From Candidatus Omnitrophota bacterium (GTDB lineage Bacteria > Omnitrophota > Gorgyraeia > Zapsychrales > Fredricksoniimonadaceae): DNA of 64,000 bases. Positions 25,424 to 35,123 of the stretch are shown here, in pieces. Location: positions 65,285 through 129,284 of the forward strand of contig JADFXH010000006.1 in NCBI GenBank assembly GCA_015233675.1, read 5' to 3'. Position numbers and translations under genes: made by a program. The notes beneath the pieces were generated by a model that ran no database searches, was not told the DNA's origin, and saw only the letters and a list, made by a program, of their open reading frames with translations. The stretch's first letter is position 1; every line of letters starts with the position of its first letter.

Positions 25424-26347
25424 ATGGGGATTTGCGAGCGTACTGATCAAGGCGAGCATTTTCACATACCTGTTATGCCTCAAGAAGCCCTTGAACTGCT
25501 CCATCTGCCGCAAGGCGGGGTGGCGGTGGATGGGACATTAGGACTGGCAGGTCATGCTTTATTGATGGCTCGGGCTTTAGGGGCCGACGGGCATTTGATA
25601 GGGATCGATCGCGACAACGCTTCTTTAGGGCAGGCTGAAAAAAAGCTGTCTTCTCTTGGTTTAAAGGTTGATTTGTTACAGGGAAATTTCAGCACGCTTG
25701 ATAAAATTTTGGCCGGCCTTAAAGTTTGCGCTGTCGACGGTATATTGCTGGATCTGGGGATATCAAGTTTTCAGCTGGATGATGCAAAGCGCGGGTTTTC
25801 CTTTAAATCCGACGGTCCTCTGGACATGAGGATGGATGCCCAGGCGCAAGAGGTTTTAGCGGCAGAGCTGGTCAATACTCTCAAAGAAAACCAGTTGGAA
25901 AAGATTATCTCTGAATTTGGCGAAGAACGTTTTGCTCGTCGTATTGCCGCGGCGATTGTGATGCAAAGGGCCAAGGCAAAAATCACAACAACTAAAATTT
26001 TGGCGGATATTATTTTACGCGCTTTGCCCAGGGGCTATACCCGGGGGAGAATCCATCCGGCCACCAGAACATTTCAGGCTTTGCGCATTGCAGTCAATGA
26101 AGAACTAGAGTCTCTGTCTCTTGGGCTGGAAGTTTGTTTTAAGATGTTAAAAAAAGGCGGACGCCTGTGTGTGATATCGTTTCATTCACTGGAAGACCGC
26201 CTTGTAAAAAATAAATTTAAGTCTTTGAACTTGTCCCTGGAAGGGACCATTCTGACTAAAAGGCCTTTGGTGGCATCTGATGAGGAATGTGCAGGGAATC
26301 CGCGCAGCCGTAGCGCTAAAATGAGAGCTATTGAGAGGATCGGATGA
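25424..26347 (+). CDS. rsmH: 16S rRNA (cytosine1402-N4)-methyltransferase
   Basis: H.PVM..E....L......VDGT.G.AGH, DLG.SS.QLD, SFHSLEDR motifs. Confidence 0.95.
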   Translation: MGICERTDQGEHFHIPVMPQEALELLHLPQGGVAVDGTLGLAGHALLMARALGADGHLIGIDRDNASLGQAEKKLSSLGLKVDLLQGNFSTLDKILAGLKVCAVDGILLDLGISSFQLDDAKRGFSFKSDGPLDMRMDAQAQEVLAAELVNTLKENQLEKIISEFGEERFARRIAAAIVMQRAKAKITTTKILADIILRALPRGYTRGRIHPATRTFQALRIAVNEELESLSLGLEVCFKMLKKGGRLCVISFHSLEDRLVKNKFKSLNLSLEGTILTKRPLVASDEECAGNPRSRSAKMRAIERIG

Positions 26348-26715
26348 GTTTAAAAGTGTATTTTAAAATTGCCTCCTTTGTCACTATAATAGCCTTGTTG
26401 TATATTCATATGCAGATGAAGATATTTGAGCTTTCCTATAACGGCAAAGATAAAGAAAAAATTATCCATGAATTAAATGACAGTAATGGTGCATTGAGCC
26501 ATCAAATCCTGACGCTTAAGTCTGCCAATAATCTGGGTAATCAACTTTTGGACCATGAAAACAGTTTGCAGTTTATGGATAATGAACGTGTAATGACAGT
26601 TGTGACGTCTGCGGGAACTGTGCAGCACTTGCAGCAACCTAAAGCTAAAGGCGTAAATCCCATGTGGAATTTATTTTCTTTTTTGGGAGCCCAGGAAGCT
26701 AAAGCCTGGGAATAA
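26344..26715 (+). CDS. ftsL: cell division protein FtsL-like (single-pass membrane, coiled coil)
   Basis: Position between rsmH and ftsI. One N-terminal TM (FKIASFVTIIALLYIHM) followed by a helical region. Sequence is weakly diagnostic. Confidence 0.6.
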   Translation: MSLKVYFKIASFVTIIALLYIHMQMKIFELSYNGKDKEKIIHELNDSNGALSHQILTLKSANNLGNQLLDHENSLQFMDNERVMTVVTSAGTVQHLQQPKAKGVNPMWNLFSFLGAQEAKAWE

Positions 26716-26731
26716 AATATCTGAGGTTAAA

Positions 26732-28441
26732 TTGTTTCTGCGCAAGTATCCACTTCGGTTTGCTGTGGTGTTCATATTTTTATTTTTAGGCTTTGCGTAC
26801 TCCGTTGGCTTCTTAATTTTTATCCAAATTTTCCGTTCCGAATATTTAAGTAATCTTGCCCAGCGCCAGCATGAACATTCCATTGTTTTAGAGCCCCGAA
26901 GAGGAACGATTTATGACCGCAACATGAGAGCTTTGGCGATCAATTTGCCGGTTTATTCGGTTTATGCCAATGCGCGAGCCATGCGCCAGCAGCATGATGA
27001 AAACGAGGCGGTGGATAAGTTGTCCGGTATTTTGAAAATAGACCCAAAACAAATCCGTGACAAATTGGATAAAGATAAATATTTTGTATGGATAGCGCGC
27101 AAGGTCCCGCAGGAAATTTATCTTCAAATTAAGGGTTTGAAATTGCAGGGCATAGGTTTTATTAAGGAAAGTAAACGCTTTTATCCCAATCAGACCTTGG
27201 CCTCGCATTTGATCGGGTTCGCCGGTCTGGATAATAACGGATTGGACGGCCTTGAGCGCGACTATGATAAATATTTGAAAGGACAGCCGGGCCACGCAAT
27301 TATCCTGCGTGATGCCCGCTCAAGGGAATTGATGTTCAATAAAGGATATATCGCTCCGGTGGATGGCTTTAGCGTGATCTTGACCATTGATGAGACGATC
27401 CAGTTTATCGCCGAGAGGGCTCTGGACCGGATGTATAAAAAATATAATTGTAAGGGAGCCAGCATTATTGTGATGGACCCCAGGACCGGTGAGATCCTGG
27501 CCTTTGCCAATCGTCCCACATATAATCTTGAAGAGGCTTCTAAAAGCACTCCGGAGTCACGTACCGATCGTGCCATTGTTTTTACTTTTGAGCCCGGCTC
27601 AGTTTTTAAAATTGTTACCGCTTCAGCGGCATTACAGGAGGGAGTGGTCAGAGAAGGGGATATGATCAACTGTGAGCATGGTGCTTACCGTGTGGCCAAT
27701 CATATTCTACATGACCATGAGCCTCTGGGGACGATTTCTTTTAAAAAGGTCATTGAGCAGTCAAGCAATATAGGGACCACCAAGGTGGCCCAGCGTCTGG
27801 GGCCGCAGCGGGTATATAATTATGCGCACCATTTTCGTTTTGGGATCAAGACAGGCATTGATTTGCCGGGTGAGGCTCGAGGGATATTAAAACCGGTGAG
27901 TAAATGGTCTAAAACTTCGATCGGTGCGGTACCTATAGGCCAGGAGATCACTGTCACGCCGATCCAATTGATGGGAGCTATTTCCGCCATTGCCAACGAC
28001 GGAATTTACATGCGGCCTTTTGTGGTTAAATCCATCAAGGATACTCAAGGGCAGATCATTTTTCGCCAAAGCCCTCTAATTTTGGATAAGGTAATTTCCA
28101 AAGTGACCTCCAAGCGCATGAAGGCTATTTTACAAGGAGTTGTTGATGAAGGGACCGGGACCAAAGCGGCCATTGCCGGTGTTCCCGCAGCGGGAAAAAC
28201 AGGGACCGCACAAAAAGTGATCGGCGGCGTTTATTCGCATTCGCATTTTTATGCAACCTTTGCCGGCTTTGCCCCGGTAGAACATCCTCGATTGGCAGCG
28301 GTGGTGGTTTTTGATGATCCGCACCCTGCCTATTATGCAGGCACGGTGGCAGCGCCTGTTTTTTCCGAAGTGGTAGGGGATTCTTTAAAATACCTTAATA
28401 CCCAGCAGCAGCCTGCAACTGAGGATGATGCCCCGGGATAA
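26732..28441 (+). CDS. ftsI: peptidoglycan D,D-transpeptidase FtsI (class B PBP)
   Basis: N-terminal TM and PBP dimerisation region. Motifs SVFK, SSN and KTGT. Confidence 0.9.
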   Translation: MFLRKYPLRFAVVFIFLFLGFAYSVGFLIFIQIFRSEYLSNLAQRQHEHSIVLEPRRGTIYDRNMRALAINLPVYSVYANARAMRQQHDENEAVDKLSGILKIDPKQIRDKLDKDKYFVWIARKVPQEIYLQIKGLKLQGIGFIKESKRFYPNQTLASHLIGFAGLDNNGLDGLERDYDKYLKGQPGHAIILRDARSRELMFNKGYIAPVDGFSVILTIDETIQFIAERALDRMYKKYNCKGASIIVMDPRTGEILAFANRPTYNLEEASKSTPESRTDRAIVFTFEPGSVFKIVTASAALQEGVVREGDMINCEHGAYRVANHILHDHEPLGTISFKKVIEQSSNIGTTKVAQRLGPQRVYNYAHHFRFGIKTGIDLPGEARGILKPVSKWSKTSIGAVPIGQEITVTPIQLMGAISAIANDGIYMRPFVVKSIKDTQGQIIFRQSPLILDKVISKVTSKRMKAILQGVVDEGTGTKAAIAGVPAAGKTGTAQKVIGGVYSHSHFYATFAGFAPVEHPRLAAVVVFDDPHPAYYAGTVAAPVFSEVVGDSLKYLNTQQQPATEDDAPG

Positions 28442-28452
28442 ATGAGAGACCT

Positions 28453-29919
28453 ATGCGCTTAAGCGAATTAATTGACGGAATTTATAGAGAGCCTTTAGTC
28501 TTTTCATATCGGAATTTTGATGTTCGTACAATTTCCTGCGATTCTCGTGAGGAACAAACAGATGGATTATTCGTAGCATTAGCCGGTACTAAATTAAACG
28601 GAGAGGATTTTATTAAGGATGCGATAGCCAAAGGGGCTAAAATTATCGCCAAGCAAGGTGAGACAAGGAAACTTAAAAACGTAAGTATCCCGGATAATGT
28701 ATGCGTTCTGGATGTGGATGATCCAAAATATTTTTTGTACTCCATAGGGCAGCGATTTTACGGAAATCCCTCTGATAAGATTAAAAGTGTGGGGATAACC
28801 GGTACAAATGGCAAGACCACTATCACCTATTTGATTGAGTCTATTATCTATGCTGCATTGAAACGCTGCGGGGTGATCGGAACAGTCAATTACCGTATCG
28901 GTGACAAAATTTTGCCTTCAAAAAATACAACTCCAGGATTTTTGGACAATCAGCGATACTTAGCGCAATTGGTTAGCCTAAAGGTTGAATATTGCGTGAT
29001 GGAAGTTTCTTCTCATGCCCTGGACCAAGGAAGGCTCGAAGGTATTCATTTTTCAGCGGGTATTTTTACTAACTTGACGCAGGATCATTTGGACTATCAC
29101 AAGGACATGGAGAATTACTTTAATGCCAAATCTTTGTTGTTCAGAAATCTTTCATCGATGGCGGTTTCTGTCATCAATGTGGATGACGATTATGGAAGGC
29201 GTCTGTGTTCATTGACCAAGAGTAAGCTTATCACCTATGCCATTGACCATCCGGCGGATTTGCGTGCCCAGAATATAACCTATCACCTAAGCGGCAGCCA
29301 ATATGAAATAGTTTTTCCTGAAGGTATGATAAAAATTCATACCCGATTTATTGGGAAACATAACATTTATAACATTTTGGCGGCGTTTGCCTGGGGGATT
29401 TCCCAGGGCTTTGCCCCGGAATGCATCCGTCAGGGTATTCAAAATTTAACTTATGTTCCAGGGAGGCTTGAGCCGGTCGAGAACGGTAAGGGAATTTTTG
29501 TATTTATAGATTATGCGCATACCGAGGATGGGCTTGTCAATGTGCTGAAAGCTCTAAGGGCTGTCAGAACTGAGAAAATAATTCTTGTTTTTGGATGCGG
29601 AGGAGATCGGGACCGCACGAAACGCCCTAAAATGGGGCATGCGGCATGTTTACTTGCGGATCACTCCATCGTTACTACCGATAATTCTCGCAGTGAGGAC
29701 CCTCTGGCGATTATTAATGAAATTATTGCCGGGTTTACAAAAAGGAATTTTGAGATCTGTGTTGACCGCAAGGAGGCGATCGGACGTGCCCTTAACCTTG
29801 CCCAAAAAGATCAAATCGTCTTAATTGCCGGAAAAGGCCATGAGGATTATCAGGTTTTTAAGGACCGTACCATTGCTTTTAATGAACGTGAAATTATAGA
29901 GGAGTTTTTGAAGGAATAA
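28453..29919 (+). CDS. murE: UDP-MurNAc-L-Ala-D-Glu--2,6-diaminopimelate ligase
   Basis: GITGTNGKTT P-loop and TTDNSRSEDP (DNPR-type DAP motif); dcw synteny. Confidence 0.95.
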   Translation: MRLSELIDGIYREPLVFSYRNFDVRTISCDSREEQTDGLFVALAGTKLNGEDFIKDAIAKGAKIIAKQGETRKLKNVSIPDNVCVLDVDDPKYFLYSIGQRFYGNPSDKIKSVGITGTNGKTTITYLIESIIYAALKRCGVIGTVNYRIGDKILPSKNTTPGFLDNQRYLAQLVSLKVEYCVMEVSSHALDQGRLEGIHFSAGIFTNLTQDHLDYHKDMENYFNAKSLLFRNLSSMAVSVINVDDDYGRRLCSLTKSKLITYAIDHPADLRAQNITYHLSGSQYEIVFPEGMIKIHTRFIGKHNIYNILAAFAWGISQGFAPECIRQGIQNLTYVPGRLEPVENGKGIFVFIDYAHTEDGLVNVLKALRAVRTEKIILVFGCGGDRDRTKRPKMGHAACLLADHSIVTTDNSRSEDPLAIINEIIAGFTKRNFEICVDRKEAIGRALNLAQKDQIVLIAGKGHEDYQVFKDRTIAFNEREIIEEFLKE

Positions 29920-29955
29920 ATAATTCCCCTCCCCACAAAGGGGGAGGGAGCCGAG
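29917..29955. repeat. G/C palindromic element (CCCCTCCCC-ACAAA-GGGGGAGGG) in the murE-murF spacer
   Basis: Hairpin at 29926-29948. Same flank and core as the in-frame copy at 10520-10567. A looser relative lies at 15343-15373. Confidence 0.8.
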
Positions 29956-29960
29956 GCTAT

Positions 29961-31337
29961 ATGTTTACAATAAGCGAAATCATAGAATCTACTAAGGGCA
30001 AGTTGGTGCAGGGGCCTGCCGGGGCAGAGGTGAGCTCTGTTTGTATTGATTCACGTATTGCCCAAAAAAGTGAATTGTTTATCGCGATTAAAGGTGATGT
30101 TTTTGACGGGCATGATTTTATCGATAATGTCATTGCCAAAGGTGTGAGGGTCCTGATTGTTCACAAATTCATTGAAGTAAAGAACCCTAAGATCAGTGTA
30201 ATCCTGGTTAAGGACACGATACGTGCTTTAGGGGATATTGCGCGTTTTCATCGTTTGCGTTTTAAGGTGCCTGTTCTTGCCTTGACAGGTTCTGCCGGCA
30301 AAACCACAACCAAGGAAATGATCGCTGCTGTTTTAAGCCGTAAATATAAAGTTCTGAAGAATGAAGGGACTCAAAATAATCATATCGGCGTGCCTTTGAC
30401 CCTCCTTAAATTAAATGTAAGGCATAAAATAGTTATATTGGAATGTGGGACGAACCAGCCCGGAGATATCGTCTGGCTTGCTGATGTGGCGCGTCCGAAA
30501 GTCGCGATTTTTACAAATATCGGCGAGTCACATTTGGAAAAATTAAAGAATCCCGATGGGGTATTTAACGAAAAGTGGACCTTGACTTCTTTTATGGGAT
30601 CAAAAGATACCGTGATCATCAATGCGGATGATGTTCATTTGGCCCCGCAGGCCCTTAAGAAAAATAATTTTAAGATCATCACTTACGGTATTAAGTACAA
30701 GGCGGATTGGCAGGCTTTTGATATCCATATCAATCGTGGTCGTTATTTGAACTTTAAAGTTGGCAGGCAAAAAATCGAATTGAATACCTGCGGTATTAAT
30801 AATGTTTATAATGCTATTGCAGCCGTAACCTGCGGCATTTTTTTTAAAGTGCCGCTTAAGGATATTACCCAAGCGTTAAAATGTTTTGACTTGCCCCAGG
30901 GCCGCGGGCAGATCATACCTTTAGGGGGGGGGTGGCTGATCAATGACACCTATAATGCCAACCCGGTGTCGATGAGATCAGCCCTGCAAATGTTGCAGGC
31001 TATTGAAACAAAAAATCAGAGAATTTGTGTTGCTGCTGACATGCTTGAGTTAGGAAGCCGATCCAAAGGCCTGCATCGGTGCATGGGAGAAGTCATTGCC
31101 TCATCGGGTATTGATGTTTTAATAACGGTGGGCAATTTGTCCGGGCTTATGGCCGCATGCGCCCGGAGTCACAATAAAAAAATGCAGGTATTTGCTTGCA
31201 CAGATGCAGAGTCTGCGCAAAAATATTTAGCAAAAGTTTTCCGTAACGGGGATGCTGTTTTGATAAAAGGTTCCAGGCGTATGAGAATGGAGCAAGTAGC
31301 TGATTTTTTATTGGCTTCACCTAAAGGATCGGGTTAA
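29961..31337 (+). CDS. murF: UDP-MurNAc-tripeptide--D-Ala-D-Ala ligase
   Basis: LTGSAGKTTTKEM P-loop, NDTYNANP motif, synteny. Confidence 0.95.
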   Translation: MFTISEIIESTKGKLVQGPAGAEVSSVCIDSRIAQKSELFIAIKGDVFDGHDFIDNVIAKGVRVLIVHKFIEVKNPKISVILVKDTIRALGDIARFHRLRFKVPVLALTGSAGKTTTKEMIAAVLSRKYKVLKNEGTQNNHIGVPLTLLKLNVRHKIVILECGTNQPGDIVWLADVARPKVAIFTNIGESHLEKLKNPDGVFNEKWTLTSFMGSKDTVIINADDVHLAPQALKKNNFKIITYGIKYKADWQAFDIHINRGRYLNFKVGRQKIELNTCGINNVYNAIAAVTCGIFFKVPLKDITQALKCFDLPQGRGQIIPLGGGWLINDTYNANPVSMRSALQMLQAIETKNQRICVAADMLELGSRSKGLHRCMGEVIASSGIDVLITVGNLSGLMAACARSHNKKMQVFACTDAESAQKYLAKVFRNGDAVLIKGSRRMRMEQVADFLLASPKGSG

Positions 31338-31342
31338 ACCTT

Positions 31343-32431
31343 ATGTTTTATTTTTTGTCGCAGTATATTCCTAATTCTCCTCATTTTAATATTTTTCGTT
31401 ATATTACCTTTCGCGCCGGTATGGCCGCGGTCACTGCTTTTTTGCTGTGTATGATACTCGGTCCCGTATTTATTAATATAACAAAAAAGCGCCGTATTCA
31501 CGAATCAGCCAAACGGCAAGATGCTCCTGGTTTGGATCAGTTTCAGATTAAAAAAGAAGGCACTCCCACCATGGGCGGAGTTTTTATAGTTGGCAGTATA
31601 TTGTTATCCATAGGACTTTGGGGAAATTGGTCAAACATGTTTGTGACTATGACTTCCTGGCTCTGTCTGTCTTTTGCGGTGCTGGGAGGCATTGATGATT
31701 ATGTAAAATTAAAAGGGATTGGGCCTCATCGGGGGATATCAGCCCGTACCAAATCCTTCTGGCAAGTCTTGATCGCTTTTATTGTTGGAGTTTTTGTGTA
31801 TTTGTACCCTTTTATAACGACCAATTTGGATGTGCCGTTTTTTAAGAATTTAATTATCAATCTGGGGCCGTTTTTCGTGTTCTGGGTGGTTTTGGTCGTG
31901 GTGGGTTCTTGCAATGCGGTCAATTTGACAGATGGTCTTGATGGCTTAGCCATAGGGAGTACCTTGATGGTTGCTTTTACAATGGCGGTTTTAAGTTATG
32001 TGACAGGTAACGTAAAAATGAGTGAATACCTATATATTCCTTATGTGCCCGGAGCGGGAGAATTGACTGTTTTCTGTGCCGCTATCGTCGGGGCAAGTCT
32101 TGGATTCCTTTGGTTTAATTGCTATCCGGCGAGTGTTTTTATGGGAGATGTTGGCTCCCTGGCTTTAGGCGGCAGTTTAGGGATGATTGCCGTGTTGATT
32201 AAAAAGGAATTATGGCTGGTGGTTTTGGGAGGGGTCTTTGTTATTGAAGCAGGATCCGTGATTTTGCAGGTGTTTTCTTTTAAGATCACCGGCAAGCGTA
32301 TTTTTAAAATGTCACCTTTCCACCATCATTTGCAGTTATCTGGTTGGAATGAAAATAAGATCATCGTCCGATTTTGGATCGTAGCTATCATCTTGGCGAT
32401 GCTTACAATAACCACGTTGAAAATTCGGTAG
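31343..32431 (+). CDS. mraY: phospho-N-acetylmuramoyl-pentapeptide transferase
   Basis: K.GTPTMGG, NAVNLTDGLDGLA, FMGD.GSL, HHH motifs; 10 TM. Confidence 0.97.
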   Translation: MFYFLSQYIPNSPHFNIFRYITFRAGMAAVTAFLLCMILGPVFINITKKRRIHESAKRQDAPGLDQFQIKKEGTPTMGGVFIVGSILLSIGLWGNWSNMFVTMTSWLCLSFAVLGGIDDYVKLKGIGPHRGISARTKSFWQVLIAFIVGVFVYLYPFITTNLDVPFFKNLIINLGPFFVFWVVLVVVGSCNAVNLTDGLDGLAIGSTLMVAFTMAVLSYVTGNVKMSEYLYIPYVPGAGELTVFCAAIVGASLGFLWFNCYPASVFMGDVGSLALGGSLGMIAVLIKKELWLVVLGGVFVIEAGSVILQVFSFKITGKRIFKMSPFHHHLQLSGWNENKIIVRFWIVAIILAMLTITTLKIR

Positions 32432-32759
32432 AAGACTAAACAGCCCTTGGGATGAATTATTTCTGCCAAAATGCTAAATATTCCCTATTTCTTGCTTGGC
32501 GATCCTATTTCCCAAAGGAATGGGAATAAAAGTACGCATTTGGCTCCAAAAATTATCCCAACGCATGTTTAGGCGTGTAGCAGTATATAAGAAATAATTG
32601 GGATCCATTGTATTATTAACAGTATTGGGATAGATTGAAGTGTATCATCCATCACGCAGCAAATAATCCAGGGTCGAAAGGGCAAATTTATCCCTTTAAT
32701 GTTTGCATGCACTATAGAGACGCTTAACTGTTCATACGCTTACTTTACTTAGAAATTAT

Positions 32760-34025
32760 ATGTCTTTTGATCTTAAGCACAAAAAGGTGACTATTATCGG
32801 CGCTGCCAGAAGCGGGATTGCTGTGGCTAATGCTGTTTTGCGGCTTGGCGGTATCGCGAAGATCACGGAGAATAAACCGCTTGATCAGTTTAGCTCTAAT
32901 CTTGAAGAATTATCTAATCTCAAGCGTGTGAACATTGAAGCCGGGGGGCATACCCGGCCTTTTGTTCAGGACAGTGATTATGTGGTCTTAAGCCCCGGAG
33001 TACGTTTCGACGTTTTACCAGTGCAATGGGCCAAGGAGCATAATATTGAAGTCATGGGTGAGGTAGAATTTGCTTTTCGACTGTGCCCTTGCCCTGTGGT
33101 TGCTATTACTGGCAGCAACGGAAAAACGACGACATCAACCGTGATAGCGGAAATCCTTAAGCGTGCAGGCGGTCAAGTGTGTTTATGCGGTAATATCGGC
33201 AGTCCATTTTCTAAACACGTCCTAGATCTAAAACCTGTGGACACGGTAGTTTTGGAGATAAGTTCTTTTCAACTGGAGAGTACTATTCATTTTCGGCCGC
33301 ATGTGGCCGTATGGACGAATTTCAGCCAGAACCACTTAGATCGGCATAAGGACCTGGAAGAATATTTTCAGGCTAAATGTAAGATTTTTACCAATCAAAA
33401 AGCGCAAGATTTTGCCGTGCTTAATTTTTTAGATACGCAACATATGAAACTGGCAGAGAAACTGCAGGCTAAAGTGCTTCTTTTTAATACCCCTGATAAG
33501 CCTGCGGGGGTTGACAATCCCAATTATCTGGCTGCGATACAAGTGGCAAAAGCTTTGGGCATAGGTGAAGAAATTTGCTATAAGACCTTTTCAGAATTTA
33601 AGGGGGTAGAGCATCGTCTTGAATTTGTGCGTCATTTGGGAGGAGTTGACTTTATCAATGACTCTAAATCAACGACGGCTGAAGCTGGCCGGTGGGCCTT
33701 GGAGAGGACCCTTAAACCTATGGTGATGATTTGCGGAGGATTAGATAAACACTTGGATTATTCGCCTTTAAAATATTTAGTAGCTAAAAAAGTCAAGCAC
33801 ATGATCGCTATCGGTCAAGCGCGTGAAATTATGAGATCAACCTTTGGGGATGTGGTGAGGGTCGATACTTACACTTCTTTGGAAGAGGCAGTTAGGGCTG
33901 CTCGCGGGATCGCAAAATCAGGTGATTGTGTCATGCTTTCGCCTATGTGTGCCAGTTTCGATATGTTTAAGGATTATGAGCATCGGGGACGGATGTTTAA
34001 AGAAATCGTAAATAATTTGGAATGA
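32760..34025 (+). CDS. murD: UDP-MurNAc-L-Ala--D-Glu ligase
   Basis: ITGSNGKTTT P-loop, Rossmann N-terminus (IIGAARSG), NDSKSTT motif. Confidence 0.95.
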   Translation: MSFDLKHKKVTIIGAARSGIAVANAVLRLGGIAKITENKPLDQFSSNLEELSNLKRVNIEAGGHTRPFVQDSDYVVLSPGVRFDVLPVQWAKEHNIEVMGEVEFAFRLCPCPVVAITGSNGKTTTSTVIAEILKRAGGQVCLCGNIGSPFSKHVLDLKPVDTVVLEISSFQLESTIHFRPHVAVWTNFSQNHLDRHKDLEEYFQAKCKIFTNQKAQDFAVLNFLDTQHMKLAEKLQAKVLLFNTPDKPAGVDNPNYLAAIQVAKALGIGEEICYKTFSEFKGVEHRLEFVRHLGGVDFINDSKSTTAEAGRWALERTLKPMVMICGGLDKHLDYSPLKYLVAKKVKHMIAIGQAREIMRSTFGDVVRVDTYTSLEEAVRAARGIAKSGDCVMLSPMCASFDMFKDYEHRGRMFKEIVNNLE

Positions 34026-34034
34026 TAAAATAAT

Positions 34035-35123
34035 ATGCGACAAGAACGAATTTCTTTAACGATGACTGTTGTGACCCTGATCTGCATAGGTATTGTGATG
34101 ATATACTCTGCTAGTTGTGTCAACGCCATGCAAACTTACGGTGACAGTCTGTATTATCTTAAGCGACATATGTTTTTTTTGGGTTTGGGTCTGGTGGCTT
34201 CATTCATTATTTTACGTATGGATTATCGCCAGATCCAACCGTATGCACGTATACTTGTGGGGATATGCGCGGTCCTTTTGTTTTTGGTTCTTATACCTCA
34301 TATCGGCTCTGAAAGTTATGGAGCCCGTAGGTGGTTTAAACTAGGTGTTTTTCATTTTCAGCCCTCTGAGCTGGCCAAACTGGCCATGATTATTTACACC
34401 GCAGATTTTCTGGATCGTAAACAGCAGGTTATTAGAAGTTTTAGACGGGGTTTTTTGCCGCCTCTTCTAGTGATGGGCATCTTGTGCGCCTTGACTGTCA
34501 AGCAGCCAGATTTGGGGACCACCGTTGAAGTGGCCGTGGTGACGTTGACTATGCTATTTTTAGGAGGTGCCATGTTATGGCACTTGGCTATTATTTTTTG
34601 TTCAGCAGTGCCTTTGGTGGTTTATTTAATTGCCAAAGAGCCTTATCGCATGGCTAGAATTATTGCTTTTCTGGATCCATGGCAAGATAGTCAAGGCATT
34701 GGATTTCAATTGACCCAATCACAGATCGCTTTGGGGTCTGGCGGTATTTGGGGGGTTGGTCTTGGGCATAGCCAGCAAAAACTTTTTTATCTGCCGGCAG
34801 CACATACGGATTTTATCCTTTCAATCATTGGAGAGGAATTAGGTTTACTTGGGACGTTATCTATTATAATACTTTTTAGTCTTTTTATCTGGCAAGGCAC
34901 ACGTATTGTTCGTCAGACTAATAATGCTTTCGGATATTTTTTAAGCATGGGTATTGTCATGATGCTGGGATTACAAGCGGTGGTTAACGTGGGGGTGAGC
35001 ATTGGAGCCTTCCCTACCAAGGGGTTGCCATTGCCGTTTATCAGTTACGGCGGTTCAGCTTTGATTTTTCATTTGATGGCCATTGCTTTACTATTGAATA
35101 TTTCCAAGATACAGGATTATTAG
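34035..35123 (+). CDS. ftsW: SEDS peptidoglycan glycosyltransferase FtsW
   Basis: FtsW/RodA/SpoVE family motifs (QPSE..K, LP..HTDFI, G..P.TG..LPF.SYGGS); dcw position. Confidence 0.9.
   Translation: MRQERISLTMTVVTLICIGIVMIYSASCVNAMQTYGDSLYYLKRHMFFLGLGLVASFIILRMDYRQIQPYARILVGICAVLLFLVLIPHIGSESYGARRWFKLGVFHFQPSELAKLAMIIYTADFLDRKQQVIRSFRRGFLPPLLVMGILCALTVKQPDLGTTVEVAVVTLTMLFLGGAMLWHLAIIFCSAVPLVVYLIAKEPYRMARIIAFLDPWQDSQGIGFQLTQSQIALGSGGIWGVGLGHSQQKLFYLPAAHTDFILSIIGEELGLLGTLSIIILFSLFIWQGTRIVRQTNNAFGYFLSMGIVMMLGLQAVVNVGVSIGAFPTKGLPLPFISYGGSALIFHLMAIALLLNISKIQDY

Noticed and set aside
32569-32652. 27-codon hydrophobic minus-strand ORF in the mraY-murD gap as a type I toxin or small membrane peptide
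   Set aside because: There is no Shine-Dalgarno sequence or promoter that I can identify. It is mentioned in the corresponding finding only as a possibility, not annotated.
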